Made by a program: the position numbers and the translations under genes
The notes under the pieces: generated by a model
Seen by the model: the letters and a program-made list of their open reading frames with translations, nothing else
Database searches by the model: none
Told to the model about the DNA's origin: nothing
From: Bispira polyomma
Taxonomy: Eukaryota
Direction: 5' to 3'
DNA length: 64,000 nucleotides
Assembly (NCBI GenBank): GCA_965649765.1
Contig: OZ287756.1
Location: 22,320,001 to 22,384,000, forward strand
Part shown: one piece after another, positions 14,609-27,779 of the stretch
How the letters are laid out: every line of letters starts with the position of its first letter
How positions within the stretch are numbered: the first letter of the stretch is position 1

Positions 14609-16561
14609 TCAGGTTTGTATAGCCCCAGACTTGCTGACTGTTGTCTTTGTACCTGTTGCCTCATCGGTGTCTGGTTCTTTTAGTGTTGTTGCTGTTGCTA
14701 CTGACTCACCCACATTATCTGCACAGTTTCTAATACACGCTGCATAATCAAAGGTTTGTAAGGCAGGAGCATCTGCTAACGTCGCTTTATCTATTTCCTC
14801 GACTTTGTCATTTGATGGCCTTGAGCGACGTGTTTTTTTCTTTTTCTTAAGTTTACTCAGCAATATGCGACTTCGAGATTCCAACTTGGCTGTGATGCCT
14901 CCATTGATATTCTCATTGGTTTCGCTTTCATTTTCCGGGTCAAGGTTTAGCAGCAGGCTGTCATTCTTGGCTTCTGTCACACCCGAATCTGCCATATCAG
15001 GGTTCCCAGCTTTCTCAGTGAAAGCAATCAAGCTATTTTTGTCAACAGATGACATTACCATTTGGGTTTCTATTATTGAATCGCCAATTTTCCTTGGGTC
15101 ACATCGATCAGTGGGAGTTAGACTGGTTTCTGTTTTACTTCTGTCTTCCACTTTATCACTGTAACTCTGGCCAGTAATAGCTTCTTTGTGTTCCTTTGTA
15201 TAGGTATGACCAGGCTTAACACCACTAGCAATACTTTCAGGGAAACCACCATCTTCACTCTCACTGCCACTGTCACTTCCGATTAAGATATTGTACTTGG
15301 TAGTTGGGTTCTTCTGGTCTAGATGTTGTGGTATGTCCAACAAAAGTCCACTGGGGTTTCTAGCTGCAGCAAAATCACACCTGTGACCCGCATTGCTATC
15401 TAACTGATAGTGTACACCAGTAGAATTCAATGTATTTGACACATATGACGGGATTCCTACCATTGCAGGCAACAGAGTCTTGTGGGCGGCATTCATTTGT
15501 TGAACAGGATATGCGCCACCATTTTGCAACATAGGCACCGGAGGAGACTGCATTATATATTTAGGGGGTATGATGGGTTGAACTTTTTGAAGTGGAGGAT
15601 ATTGGCCATAATACTGTCTATTTGGCAGGGTGGACTGCTGCATCGGTGGTATGAACTGGTGAGGCTGAGGAAAAGCTATTTGAGTTGGAGGATAATGCCA
15701 ATCATACTGCCTATTTGGCAGGGTAGACTGCTGCATCAGTGGTATGAGTGGCTGAGGCTGAGCTATCTGAGCCTGGAGAGCAGGCATTCTATTTGCATAA
15801 GTTGCCTGCAGGAGATTTGCATAAGCATCTGCTATACTGAAAGGTCCTCCTCCTTCATTTATCATGCTCTCTTGTGTCTTATTATTAGTATTAGAACACT
15901 GTACCTGAGTTGGGGTCGTATCCTGTAACAACGGTGACACCGCCTCCCCCTGGTTAGTAGAGCCTGTTTTATCAGCTGGACTCTTAGCAGTATCTTCTAA
16001 ACCTCTTTCAGAGCATGCATCATCTTTTACGTAATTAATTTCTTTGCATACAATCAATTCCGTTAACATATCCGCATTGATCTCTTCCACTCCCACTTCC
16101 ACAGATATGGGGGACAACACATAAGGATCTATCATATCTAAAGCTTTTCTCACCTCTTCCACCTCTTTGCTGAAGCTTTCATAATCTTCTTCTTTTTCAA
16201 ATTCGTCACCAGATGATGATGACGATGATTCATCTCCGGTGCTCTTCGGTCCTGCCTGCCTTTCTGTCAGTAAATTGATCTTCTCTTGCAGATTTTCTTC
16301 TGTGTCGCTGCAGAATTTCACATCCAATTTCAGTTGGTCCAGTAATTTGGCGTTGATTATCTCAATGTTTTGTAGTAACCTGCGATGGTGTACCTCTATT
16401 TCGTTGACCAACTGGTTCAGGCAGGCTTGTACACGAGAGATCTGCTCTTCCTTGGACTGTTCAATTTCACCGATTGTCTCCCTGAGTTCTAAAGATTTCA
16501 AAACGGTGACACTTTTAAGCCTATTCAATTCCCTGACTATATCCTCAACTGCAGTAGCCAT
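14609..16561 (-). CDS. Uncharacterised 650-aa protein; N-terminal coiled coil (resembles the TRIM B-box C-terminal coiled coil), P/Q-rich disordered middle, basic NLS-like patch
   Basis: 1953-nt uninterrupted ORF in AT-rich DNA; heptad pattern in aa ~5-100; internal duplication MQQSTLPNRQY x2; KLKKKKKTRRSR. Confidence 0.8.
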   Translation of the reverse strand: MATAVEDIVRELNRLKSVTVLKSLELRETIGEIEQSKEEQISRVQACLNQLVNEIEVHHRRLLQNIEIINAKLLDQLKLDVKFCSDTEENLQEKINLLTERQAGPKSTGDESSSSSSGDEFEKEEDYESFSKEVEEVRKALDMIDPYVLSPISVEVGVEEINADMLTELIVCKEINYVKDDACSERGLEDTAKSPADKTGSTNQGEAVSPLLQDTTPTQVQCSNTNNKTQESMINEGGGPFSIADAYANLLQATYANRMPALQAQIAQPQPLIPLMQQSTLPNRQYDWHYPPTQIAFPQPHQFIPPMQQSTLPNRQYYGQYPPLQKVQPIIPPKYIMQSPPVPMLQNGGAYPVQQMNAAHKTLLPAMVGIPSYVSNTLNSTGVHYQLDSNAGHRCDFAAARNPSGLLLDIPQHLDQKNPTTKYNILIGSDSGSESEDGGFPESIASGVKPGHTYTKEHKEAITGQSYSDKVEDRSKTETSLTPTDRCDPRKIGDSIIETQMVMSSVDKNSLIAFTEKAGNPDMADSGVTEAKNDSLLLNLDPENESETNENINGGITAKLESRSRILLSKLKKKKKTRRSRPSNDKVEEIDKATLADAPALQTFDYAACIRNCADNVGESVATATTLKEPDTDEATGTKTTVSKSGAIQT

Positions 16562-19500
16562 ATCTGATGTATATATAGTATTGTTAGTATATTTGTTATA
16601 TCAACAAAATAGTTTGAGTTGATAAAGTGTCAGAAAACGCACCGGTTCACATACAAATATAATATATCCTTTGACTTTTTATCAGGGAAATAGACACACC
16701 CATATACGAGTACTAGTCCTATATTTACTGTGCATTGTACAGAACACCATATGTACATATTACATCTAAGTACTACAACGTTTTTTATACGACAGCAAAA
16801 TGAGTCACATCAATACCCCTTCTTATATAAACAGTACATTCAGCAAGATATTCTTGTCAATAACTTTACAAAAAACTATTGACTCAGCATCATATCGTCA
16901 TCAAGAATGCATTGTTTTCAAGCTGTCTGTACTATTTATGATATTTACCAGTATTAATCAATCAATACTTGATGCAAAAACAGAACTGACTGTTTAGTCA
17001 CCTATACACCCATTGTGAACATATAAATATGATAAGTTATACCTTTAAAGTACAAGATATAAATTGGCCCTTATAAATATTTTAAAGATAAGGAAGATCT
17101 GTTATATATATATACTACACAAACAGGTAGGGAATTGCATTCTAAACGTACATCTTAAAAAAATAGATTATTACTTGATTTCTACAGATATATCCATAAT
17201 TAAACATTTTGATAAAGTATCAAAAAACACAGGTTCACATACGAATATAATATATGTTTTGACTTGTTACCACGTCGTTGCCACCTGTACACAAGTACCA
17301 ATCCTGTATTTAGTGAACATATCAGAGAAACAGAAACTAAAACTCAGCACAATTTCCTAAAATGCCTTGTTTTGAAGCTGTCCTATAAGTTTTACTATTC
17401 ATCGCACGCAGTACAAAACCGATCTTTATGGGGAAATCCCCGCGTGATGTTGTTTCAATATTTTCTAAATATAAATATGACACACTTTTCGTCGAATTAT
17501 AAAAAAACTGTGTTTTTTTTTTCTCCTTCTTTTCAACAGCAATTCATTAGTTTTCTAACACTTGTGGTAATCAATAGCTAGGACGTTGAAAAGAAAGGCT
17601 TTCTTTGTTATTTATTTACTTCATATATTGTTTACACGGAAGAAAAACAATAATACGGGCCAAAGTGTGCAGACAAAGTGCACCTGACCCACATTAAGGT
17701 GTATTTACATTATTCCGTCACTTGACTCTGTGTGTTTTATAGACTTGTCCATATTTATTGTACAGTAGAGTGTTATTTTGTAAGTCGGTGAAGCTTGTAG
17801 TAGTAAATTATATTTTGAGGGATAATCCTTAATACCTACACACTTTGTGGCCATTGTGTAGCATCAATAGGAGAAGAAAATGTATTCTGAAATTACGATT
17901 TTGTAAGAACCCGTTTTTCACGGATGAAAATGTTTTGAATTTGTGAAACTGTTTTCCACCCGTGTATGAAAACAGCCCATAAGGAGATAACCACAAGTTC
18001 ATCAATCGGCACGTACATAAAATATATAACCACACACAATTCTGGAATTCCCCACGATCATAAGGTGGAGTGCTGGTGTCAGACCACTATTCATTTTGTT
18101 ATACGTTATCTTAGAGCCTTTTGCACTACACTGAAGTCCGGCGAAGTGATGGCCCTACAAACCACATATCACATTAAACATCAACCATAGCCTCATATTT
18201 AAGTATTATTGAAAACAGGTCTAAACTATTGTTGTTGTTTTAGATATCTTAAAAATATAGAACCAGGTGATTTCCTGTCAAATCCAAGATGGTTGAACAG
18301 TACAGAAAGGCCCTTCAAAAAATAGCTTCTGAATGTTTATCCTGGTGAATTAGTTTCCAGAATGTATTTGAAATTAATCAGTAGTCATTCCTTTTTAATA
18401 TCTGTGAATATTCACCAAAGTTATAATTGTTTACTACTTTTATGAATTTTAGTTGCAACCCTATCCATTATTTCGTTTCTACGTTAAACATTCTGTAACC
18501 AGGAAGCCGGAAATAATAAAATCACTCCACGTGTTTAAAGGTGGCCGTCTTTTCACAACTACAGTAAATGGTTGAAAATTGTGTGAAGAGTGTAGCTTTT
18601 TGGAATGGCTGTTATTATATATATTTCTGCTTGATACATTCACATTTTTAAAGTTTGTGCTGAGGTCGGCAGTTGATCATATTCCACCATTCCAGTATGT
18701 TATATTTACAACATTTATACCCATAACACTAAGGATATCTTAAAAAAAAAACCTTCACATTAATAAAAATACATTTTTTAAACTCTCCATCACCATAATT
18801 TGAAACTTTTCGGGAGGTCACACTGAGTATGTTTAGGTTTATGTTTTTTATTTAATGAACGTAAGCTAATGAAAACAATGAAGTAAAATTTGAAAAACAT
18901 AATCATTTCTGTCAGGTTCTTCACACATATTTGGATGAACAACATGTGAAGCTTAAACTACATCTGTGGTGCAGGCCACATTTCAAGTTTGTTGTAATTA
19001 CATTCTTATACATCCAAAATTTGTTTCAGATTTGTTTTCATTATGTTTGGATTACATTGAATACGTATCAGTGGATATTGCAAAAACAAAGCATATTTTT
19101 GTGCTGCTCGAAATGATGGATTTTTTCTTTTGTTTTACTTACGCAAGCATACATTCAAGATGCAAAATTTGTTTCAAATTTTTTTTCATTATGCCTTACC
19201 TTCCGTTTGCTAAATTTTGTGCGTTAACGAGATGCAAGCCCAGTGTGACCATACCGGGCCATATGTGTATGGTTATAACTCTGTGTACAGTAATATAAAA
19301 TGTTGTGTGAAAAGTCTCAACTTGTGTGTTGCATATTTACTGACGTTTGTCTGTTTTCTGCTCCTGAAGAGGGATGGGGGAGGGTGAGGTAGGGGGCAGT
19401 GGGCGTGGCCTGCCCCTAATTGATGGACAGGAGGCTGTAATTAAGGGCCAGGAAGCAAGTGGGCCCTAGGGACAAAATCCAAGATTGTGACATGTCTGGG

Positions 19501-20439
19501 GAAGATTGCCAGCATCTATTGTTTTTGTCATGCCATTTTTGTGTGTGTGGTGTGAAGCCTGACCTTGCTTTGGGCTCAATTGTGTGGACACTTTTATAAT
19601 AAAAATTATCATTTGATATAGCGCAGTTATGAAATGTTATTACTGTTATCTAATGTGCTGTGATATCATTACCCCAGATTGGGTTCCTCCAATTGTCAAC
19701 CAATTGTTCAGTCTCAGCTCCCTCAGGAAGCATACCAGTCATGCAGCTACATACAGCACATCGAAAACTAACACCCATAAGTATAATCTCCAGGCCTGCA
19801 GCTAGGACCAACCCAGGACTCTCAGATCTTTCAGATCCAAATTTCGACACTCTAACTTCTAGGCTAGAGAGATCACATTTGCCTTCATGCGCTATCCAGA
19901 GCAGCAGTTAGCCTTCTCTTGATCGCTTAAGAATTATTAATATTATGCATTTTTAACACACTTTATTTATGCTAGGCATCTTCTGAAGCACAACAAAATT
20001 GTTCAACAAATCGTGTAGTCCATAAACATAGCCAGTTTGTAAGGAAGTATGTGTGGGTGTACAGGACGGAATTAAGAGGTATAGGTTTTAAAAAAATTAA
20101 AAACCAATAAGTGTTTCTACACGGCCGGTCACAATACCAGTCGGGTCACAATACCGTTCGACGCACATTTGAATGCTTAAAACGTAGATTTATTTAAAAT
20201 AAAACCAGGTATTCCATAGACATGAAGTAGTACGTGTTTTTAGTGTTAATTAAATTTTTTCCTCTCTTGAGGTTACTGTAAGAAAGAAGAGACGCGAGGT
20301 AGGCCTTTATATGGAAATAACGTCCTCAAGCTTGTACTTTATTTGGTTGATTTAATTTTTCCCGTATAACCAGGACCCACACCTGATGTTCATGCTCTAC
20401 CATTATTATTTCAGAACCTTGTTCTTTGATATGCACTTT

Positions 20440-20630
20440 AATGGTCAAGCAGTTCGAGAGGTTCGACTTTGAATCAGAGGTTCCCAGAGGGTCTAAGTTC
20501 GATCCTCGCTGCAGGCTTGGATATTGTACCCTTGGAGAAGATACTTCACACAAAGTTGGGCCTTTGTACCTAACTGTATAAATGGGTACCTGGCTGCTAA
20601 TGGGAGTTAGTCTGTGGCAGCATGGCTATA
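20440..20630 (+). mobile_element. tRNA-derived SINE of a second family
   Basis: B box GTTCGATCC followed by GTACCCTTGGAGAAGATACTT..TGTATAAATGGGTACC, a typical SINE central core pattern. Confidence 0.55.
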
Positions 20631-20633
20631 GTA

Positions 20634-21403
20634 CACTGGTCAAAATAAAAATAGAACTCAGACATATAAATGTTGATAATTTCAAAAGTTTAGACAATTT
20701 TAATTATTTTGATATGTATTTGTATCAACACATCTATTTTCCTTATTTCAAGCTATTGTTGCTACCCACAAAAAAAATATCTTTAAGGAATTACCAAGCA
20801 AAGAATGTGATGCGCAAGAAATCCAAAGTCACAAGCACAGGACAACAGATGTCAAGAACATAAAAGTTGTCTTTCACTTGCCAATTCATTGAAAAAAAAG
20901 TGTTAATAGAGGGTTGTAGCCCCATTCAGGTTAATACACTCAATACAATGTCTTTGCATAGTCACAAGAGTGTTATGGATTATAATCCACCTGTTCCAAT
21001 GTGGTCATGCAGATCCTGGCCCTCAGAAAAAGTGAGAAAACCTGGAAAATTAAGTCATCCGGAATACTGTTGTGACTATTTAAAGACATTGTATGGAGTG
21101 CATAAACCTTAATTGGAGTAGTACCCACTATTAAAAGGTAATTTTTCAACAAATTGGCAAGTTAAAGACAACTTTTGTTTTTTTGACATCTGTAAATCTG
21201 TGTGCTTGTGACTTTAGATGTCTTGCCCATCACACGATTTTCTGTGTAATGTTCTGAGGAACATTTTTTTTTTAAGCAACAAGAGCTTAGAATAAACAAA
21301 ATGGATATGTTAATACAAATACATATCAAAATAATTAAAATTCTCCACACTTTTAAAATTACCTACATTTATATGACTGAGTCCTATTTTATTTTGAACA
21401 GTG
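20634..21403. mobile_element. Non-autonomous Tc1-like element with ~260-bp TIRs
   Basis: TA|CACTGGTCAAAATAAAAATAGAACTCAG ... CTGAGTCCTATTTTATTTTGAACAGTG|TA; inverted homology extends to ~20899 and ~21142. Confidence 0.85.
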
Positions 21404-21999
21404 TATATGTCCCCTTAGGGAGCTGACAGTGAACAAATTGGTTGACAAGTGGAAGACCTCAGGCCGGGGGTGTAAACTGTGTACAGCGCTTTATAAATGC
21501 AAATTTACATTTACACTCTCAGACGTTTATTTGTAAAGGGAAACTACAGCCTTAGTCCAGGCTAATGAGTGAAAAAGTTAAGGAAGCAAAAGAGCACAGC
21601 CAGAAAGACACCCACACAGAATGTGTGAGAGGATTGTCTTAAGGATGCCATTCACTCCTATGAATGTCTTTGTCACGTGAAATAGTATAGCCCACATATT
21701 AAGTGTAGGTAAAACAATTGAGTACACACAAAAAAGAGGACAATATGTTCTTTTTGGTCAAATATTTTTATCATCTTTAGAAAAAAATGGCTTTATTTAT
21801 CAACATTTTAGACAGTTCATATTAGCAGAAACGAGGATATCGATAAAGGTTGCTTTCATTTCTTTAAGTTATAATAGATTTTAAATCAAAGTTATTTTTC
21901 CTAATTTCAAAATTTAAATTTGGTAATGTAAGGTCATGGTTAGGTATAAATATTTTACAATAACCTCATTTAACACACAGAGCTACCAACTTGTGTGAA

Positions 22000-22310
22000 C
22001 AAAAGAGACCACGATTGCTGAATAGAATAGATAGCAGAAGAACCAGACTGTGAAGACTCCACAACACGAGAAGACAAAGCACCCTCATCGCCCAACAATC
22101 TATCTTGCGAACATTTTAGTTGAGCCTTGTGCTTTAATTTGTCCAACCTAGAAGTAATAATATTCCTCTGTTCTTCCGAAAAAAATGATACAATTTTCTG
22201 CCGATTCAGGGTCACACAAATCCGTAGATTTTCCTTCAAATCGACACCTAACACAGGCATTATGATCATCCCAAGACAATACAAAATGCGTACATATAAA
22301 GCAATAACAT
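22000..22310 (-). pseudogene. Frameshifted fragment resembling the N-terminal Cys/His knuckle of DIRS-type retroelement gag
   Basis: CFICTHFVLSWDDHNACVRCRFEGKSTDLCDPESAENC (frame of ORF 22148..22381) continues after a frameshift as FFSEEQRNIITSRLDKLKHK (frame of ORF 21970..22374); similarity judged from memory only. Confidence 0.45.
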
Positions 22311-22789
22311 ACAAAGATACAAATGGGCAGGTTCCAGGTAGAGATTTGTTGGACCCAGGAAAAAATGGGTTCAAAGGTCATAAGGTTAATAATTTGTTCC
22401 TACAGCACATATCAGCATTGTATGGACAGCTTCGCATCAGGACAAGTTACCATCACCAAAATACCAACAAGGGCAAACTTGCCCAAATACCCCCAAGACC
22501 TTTTCCCATCATACATATGCAAGGGCATGTTTCCGTCACCAAGACACTTATCATAATATGTTCCAAGTAACCATATCCCCATTACGATATGTTCAAAACA
22601 CCTTAAAACTCACCAAAAGATATTGCCATCACATAAACTCAAACAAGAACATGTTTTCATTACCAAAATACCCATTACCAATATACTCATCAGGATAGGG
22701 TCCCATTATGAACATATCCATTACAATATGTTCTAAACACTAATTTACCCATCAGGAGAAGTTCTGATTACCATTATACATATCAAGAC

Positions 22790-25260
22790 ACGTTTACATC
22801 ACCAATATACCAATCAGGACACATTTAAATCACCAATATACCCATCAGTACAAGATTACATCACCAATATACCCATCAGGACAAGATCACATCACCAATA
22901 TACCCATCAGGATATATTTAAATCACCAATATACCCATCAGTACAAGATTACATCACCAATATACCCATCAGGACAAGATCACATCACCAATATACCCAT
23001 CAGGACACATTTAAATCATCAATATACCCATCAGTACAAGATCACATCACCAATGTACCCATTAGGACAAGATCACATCACCAATATACCCATCAGGACA
23101 CATTTAAATCACCAATATACCCATCAGTACAAGATCACATCACCAATGTACCCATCAGGACAAGATCACATCACCAATATACCCATCAGGACACATTTAA
23201 ATCACCAATATACCCATCAGTACGAGATCACATCACCAATGTACCCTTCAGGACAAGATCACATCACCAATATACCCATCAGGACACATTTAAATCATCA
23301 ATATACCCATCAGTACAAGATCACATCACCAATATACCCATTAGGACACATTTGAATCACCAATATACCCATCAGTACAAGATCACAACACCAATGTACC
23401 CATCAGGACAAGATCACATCACCAATATACCCATCAGGACACATTTAAATCACCAATATACTCATCAATACAAGATCACATCACCAATGTACCAATCAGG
23501 ACACATTTAAATCACCAATATACCCATCAGTACAAGATCACATCACCAATGTACCAATCCAGACACGTTTACATTATCAATATATCCATCAGCACATGTT
23601 CATTTGTCCACCTAACACAAGTTTGTCCGACACCAGGTTGTCCGTTCAGTGTTAAGTCTGACACAGCACCTCTACCTTGTCCGCCCAGTGTTAGGAATGG
23701 CAAAGTGATTTTGTTGTGTTTCATCAATTTACCCGTCAGGACACGTTTAAATCACCAATATACCCATCAGTACGAGATCACATCAACAATGTACCCATCA
23801 GGACAAGATCACATCACCAATATACCCATCAGGACACATTTAAATCATCAATATACCCATCAGTACAAGATCACATCACCAATGTACCCATCAGGACAAG
23901 ATCACATCACCAATATACCCATCAGGACACATTTAAATCACCAATATACCCATCAGTACGAGATCACATCACCAATGTACCCTCCAGGACAAGATCACAT
24001 CACCAATATACCCATCAGGACACATTTAAATCATCAATATACCCATCAGTACAAGATCACATCACCAATATACCCATTAGGACACATTTGAATCACCAAT
24101 ATACCCATCAGTACAAGATCACATCACCAATGTACCCATCAGGACAAGATCACATCACCAATATACCCATCAGGACACATTTAAATCACCAATATACCCA
24201 TCAATACAAGATCACATCACCAATGTACCAATCAGGACACATTTAAATCACCAATATACCCATCAGTACAAGATCACATCACCAATGTACCAATCCAGAC
24301 ACGTTTACATTATCAATATACCCATCAGCACATGTTCATTTGTCCACCTAACACAAGTTTGTCCGACACCAGGTTGTCCGTTCAGTGTTAAGTCTGACAC
24401 AGCACCTCTACCTTGTCCGCCCAGTGTTAGGAATGGCAAAGTGATTTTGTTGTGTTTCATCAATTTACCCGTCAGGACACGTTTAAATCACCAATATACC
24501 CATCAGTACGAGATCACATCAACAATGTACCCATCAGGACAAGATCACATCACCAATATACCCATCAGGACACATTTAAATCATCAATATACCCATCAGT
24601 ACAAGATCACATCACCAATGTACCCATCAGGACAAGATCACATCACCAATATACCCATCAGGACACATTTAAATCACCAATATACCCATCAGTACGAGAT
24701 CACATCACCAATGTACCCTCCAGGACAAGATCACATCACCAATATACCCATCAGGACACATTTAAATCATCAATATACCCATCAGTACAAGATCACATCA
24801 CCAATATACCCATTAGGACACATTTGAATCACCAATATACCCATCAGTACAAGATCACATCACCAATGTACCCATCAGGACAAGATCACATCACCAATAT
24901 ACCCATCAGGACACATTTAAATCACCAATATACCCATCAATACAAGATCACATCACCAATGTACCAATCAGGACACATTTAAATCACCAATATACCCATC
25001 AGTACAAGATCACATCACCAATGTACCAATCAAGACACGTTTACATTATCAATATATCCATCAGGACATGTTCATTTGTCCACCTAACACAAGTTTGTCC
25101 GACACCAGGTTGTCCGTTCAGTGTTAAGTCTGACACAGCACCTCTACCTTGTCCGCCCAGTGCTATGAATGGCAAAGTGATTTTGTTGTGTTTCATCAAT
25201 TTACCCGTCAGGACACGTTTAAATCACCAATATACCCATCAGGACACGTTTACACCACCT
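22790..25260 (+). repeat. Satellite array: 31-bp monomer, 93-bp trimer, 736-bp higher-order unit
   Basis: CACCAATATACCCATCAG(G/T)ACAAGATCACAT monomers; 31-aa periodicity in translations; near-identical ORF starts at 23549, 24285, 25021 (period 736). Confidence 0.95.
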
Positions 25261-26631
25261 AACATACACTACCTTAACTTAATTAATCATATATACATTT
25301 AAATCATGCTTCGTTTAAATGGACAATTTGGATTGGAACTATATCACAGAATGAAGGTGTACCACCAAACTATGCTTCTTTTGAAAGCCATAGTGCATCA
25401 CCATAAAACGTCATTTTTTTCAAATCAGCATTTCTTCCCATAAAAAACGGTGAATTAATTCTTTCATTTTTCCTGCATCTACCCGTACCGATTAGGTTTG
25501 TTTTATTTTTTAAATGGCGAAAGTAATATAGATTTAAGTTGCCCTTTTTGAAGCAAAATTTTACAGAAAAAAAGATCAAGTTAAGCAATAACAGATAGTT
25601 TATGACAGTTTCAAAAGAAATAGTTGATAAAAATTGGGATAAAGCCCCTAACTCCCTACATGCATTTTTAAAGTAAGGTAAGTGACGTCATAATAGTATC
25701 ATTCTATAGCCCATGTCCTATCCGTTCACAAAATACATAGGAACCCATTCAGTAGTTGCTTTGTTGTTTTTGTCTATGGGTAATCCTTGTGTGACAAACG
25801 AAAGAACAGAACCAGGACGAAAAACATAACCTTCTTGGTTGGCTGGCAGAGGTAATAACTTGCATATACTAGTAGAAAGGTACCACTTCTTTACAGCATG
25901 ACTCATTAAAACTATACAAGAGTTGCCTTTTTTAAAAGACACAGGGGCACAGTGTGAAATACACTAACGTTGATATGGCTACTATTTTTACTCAAGTATT
26001 TCTGCCCCCCCCCCCCCCCCCTCAGTTTGGATGGGTCGATTTGCTTCCAACCAATCCAAGAAGGGCTTACATATTATTTCAAATATGGCACACCCTTGTC
26101 AGAATGAAAACAATATCATATGATAAGTAATGCATTGGATGCCCTGTGGATATAGTTCCTTCAATAACATAATTTTGCACCAAAAACAGCTGGAATCAGG
26201 TAATAATTTTGATTTCTTCGAGGCATCGTCTTCATGTTACTACGCCTCTAATCATGGTAAAAATTACCGTATACCATGCTTTGTCATTGGTTATTCCTAA
26301 ATTTTAAAGACGTTTGGATGTTTAATCTCTTTCCCCCAAATGTTTGAAAGAAAACCATAACAACAATATTCACAGCTGTCCCATCCACAGTTCAAACATT
26401 GAAAGGTCATTGTATCATGTTTAAGTTGTTCTGCTAATAACCATAATATCGCCCCAATTTGGCCCAATTATTGCTCCTGGAATAACCACTTGTAACTAGG
26501 GAAAATAACCTAAAGAAATTGCTTGAGTAAGAAATGTCACAGTAGATTGACACTTTACTGCCTTGTTCTGTCTTTCTTTTTGCCTCTTCTGGTCTGTGTT
26601 TATTGTGACTGATGTCTTGAGTATGGACCAA

Positions 26632-26670
26632 GTGTGTGTGTGTGTGTGTATGTGTGTGTGTCTGTGTGTG
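26632..26670. repeat. (TG)n microsatellite
   Basis: Directly visible. Confidence 0.9.
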
Positions 26671-27779
26671 GAGGGTTGGGGGTGGGGGGAGGTGATCGGG
26701 TAGTCAGTAGTGCCAGCCTTTCCTCTCTAGCGGGTGGCGATAATTCTGGTCACACAGTTTATTATTGTCATGTTGTTATTTCATATCTCTGTATTACTTT
26801 CACAAAAACACACAGTCACAGAGAGACATAACAACTATCAGCATTTACCTGGTTATTATAAAAAAACTTGAACTAACACAATGAAATTTAAATGTTTACA
26901 TACATTTAAGTACTTCTTATATTACAAACAAAATCTGTAAGCTGTTATATTGTGGAAAGATTTTTCTTGTGAGAATAAAATTCAAGAAAATATCTTGAAT
27001 CGTGATTACTGTGTGAATAGACATCACTAACATGTGATGTCTCAGGGCTATGTGAAGTTGTTGATCCATGTCAATGTTTCTTGAATTATATTATTCTGTC
27101 ATATTTCTTCTTTTTTTTTTCTTCTTCTTCTTCTTAGCCTCAACAAGGCTATGATTTTCTAAACCAAGAACGTTTGGTTTACGTGTATTTGTGGCCCTGT
27201 CATTCACTGAAGTGGATATGAGAGTACTTATAATCTGACAATGAGATAAAACCACGTTATGTATTTATACAAAATACTAGAATAACTTAATTGTGCTTTA
27301 CAAATTTACACATTTATATTCAAGTTCATATTCTATCATATTGTAGTCTTACTCGGAGACATTATATTTATTTATTTTATTATAGTGACATGCACACTTA
27401 TTTTATATATACCAATACATTACTACAAAAATATTGCCTAGCTCAATGGGGTTATTTGTCACTTTAATTGTTACATATTTTTGTGGATTGTGAGACTATT
27501 AAAGCTCTGATGATCCTGACCATGTTCCAATCATTTAGTCCAGAACCAAAGCCATGTGGACGGAGAAAATGCATATTACCTCAACCAACTATTAAGTGAA
27601 GGCCTAATGGAATATAAATGACTTCAGTATTGGTTTAAGTAGTTTTGATGATTTACAAGAAACCATGAAATCATTATAAGTGATGGTCGTCTGGCTTCGG
27701 TGGGGTTGAATGTTTACGGTGGGGTTGAATGTTTACGTAGAAATGGTATAACAATGATACCTCTCTAAATGTTGTAGTT

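Noticed and set aside
14805-16622. Plus-strand ORFs of 119-148 aa
   Set aside because: Antisense shadows of the 650-aa ORF
22790-25260. CRISPR-like repeat/spacer appearance
   Set aside because: Eukaryotic context, no unique spacers, no cas genes; it is a tandem satellite
23053-25302. 100-180 aa His/Thr/Pro-rich ORFs (and similar ones at 27814-28816)
   Set aside because: They are translations of the 31-bp satellite; the same peptide cycles through all frames, with no splice or codon evidence
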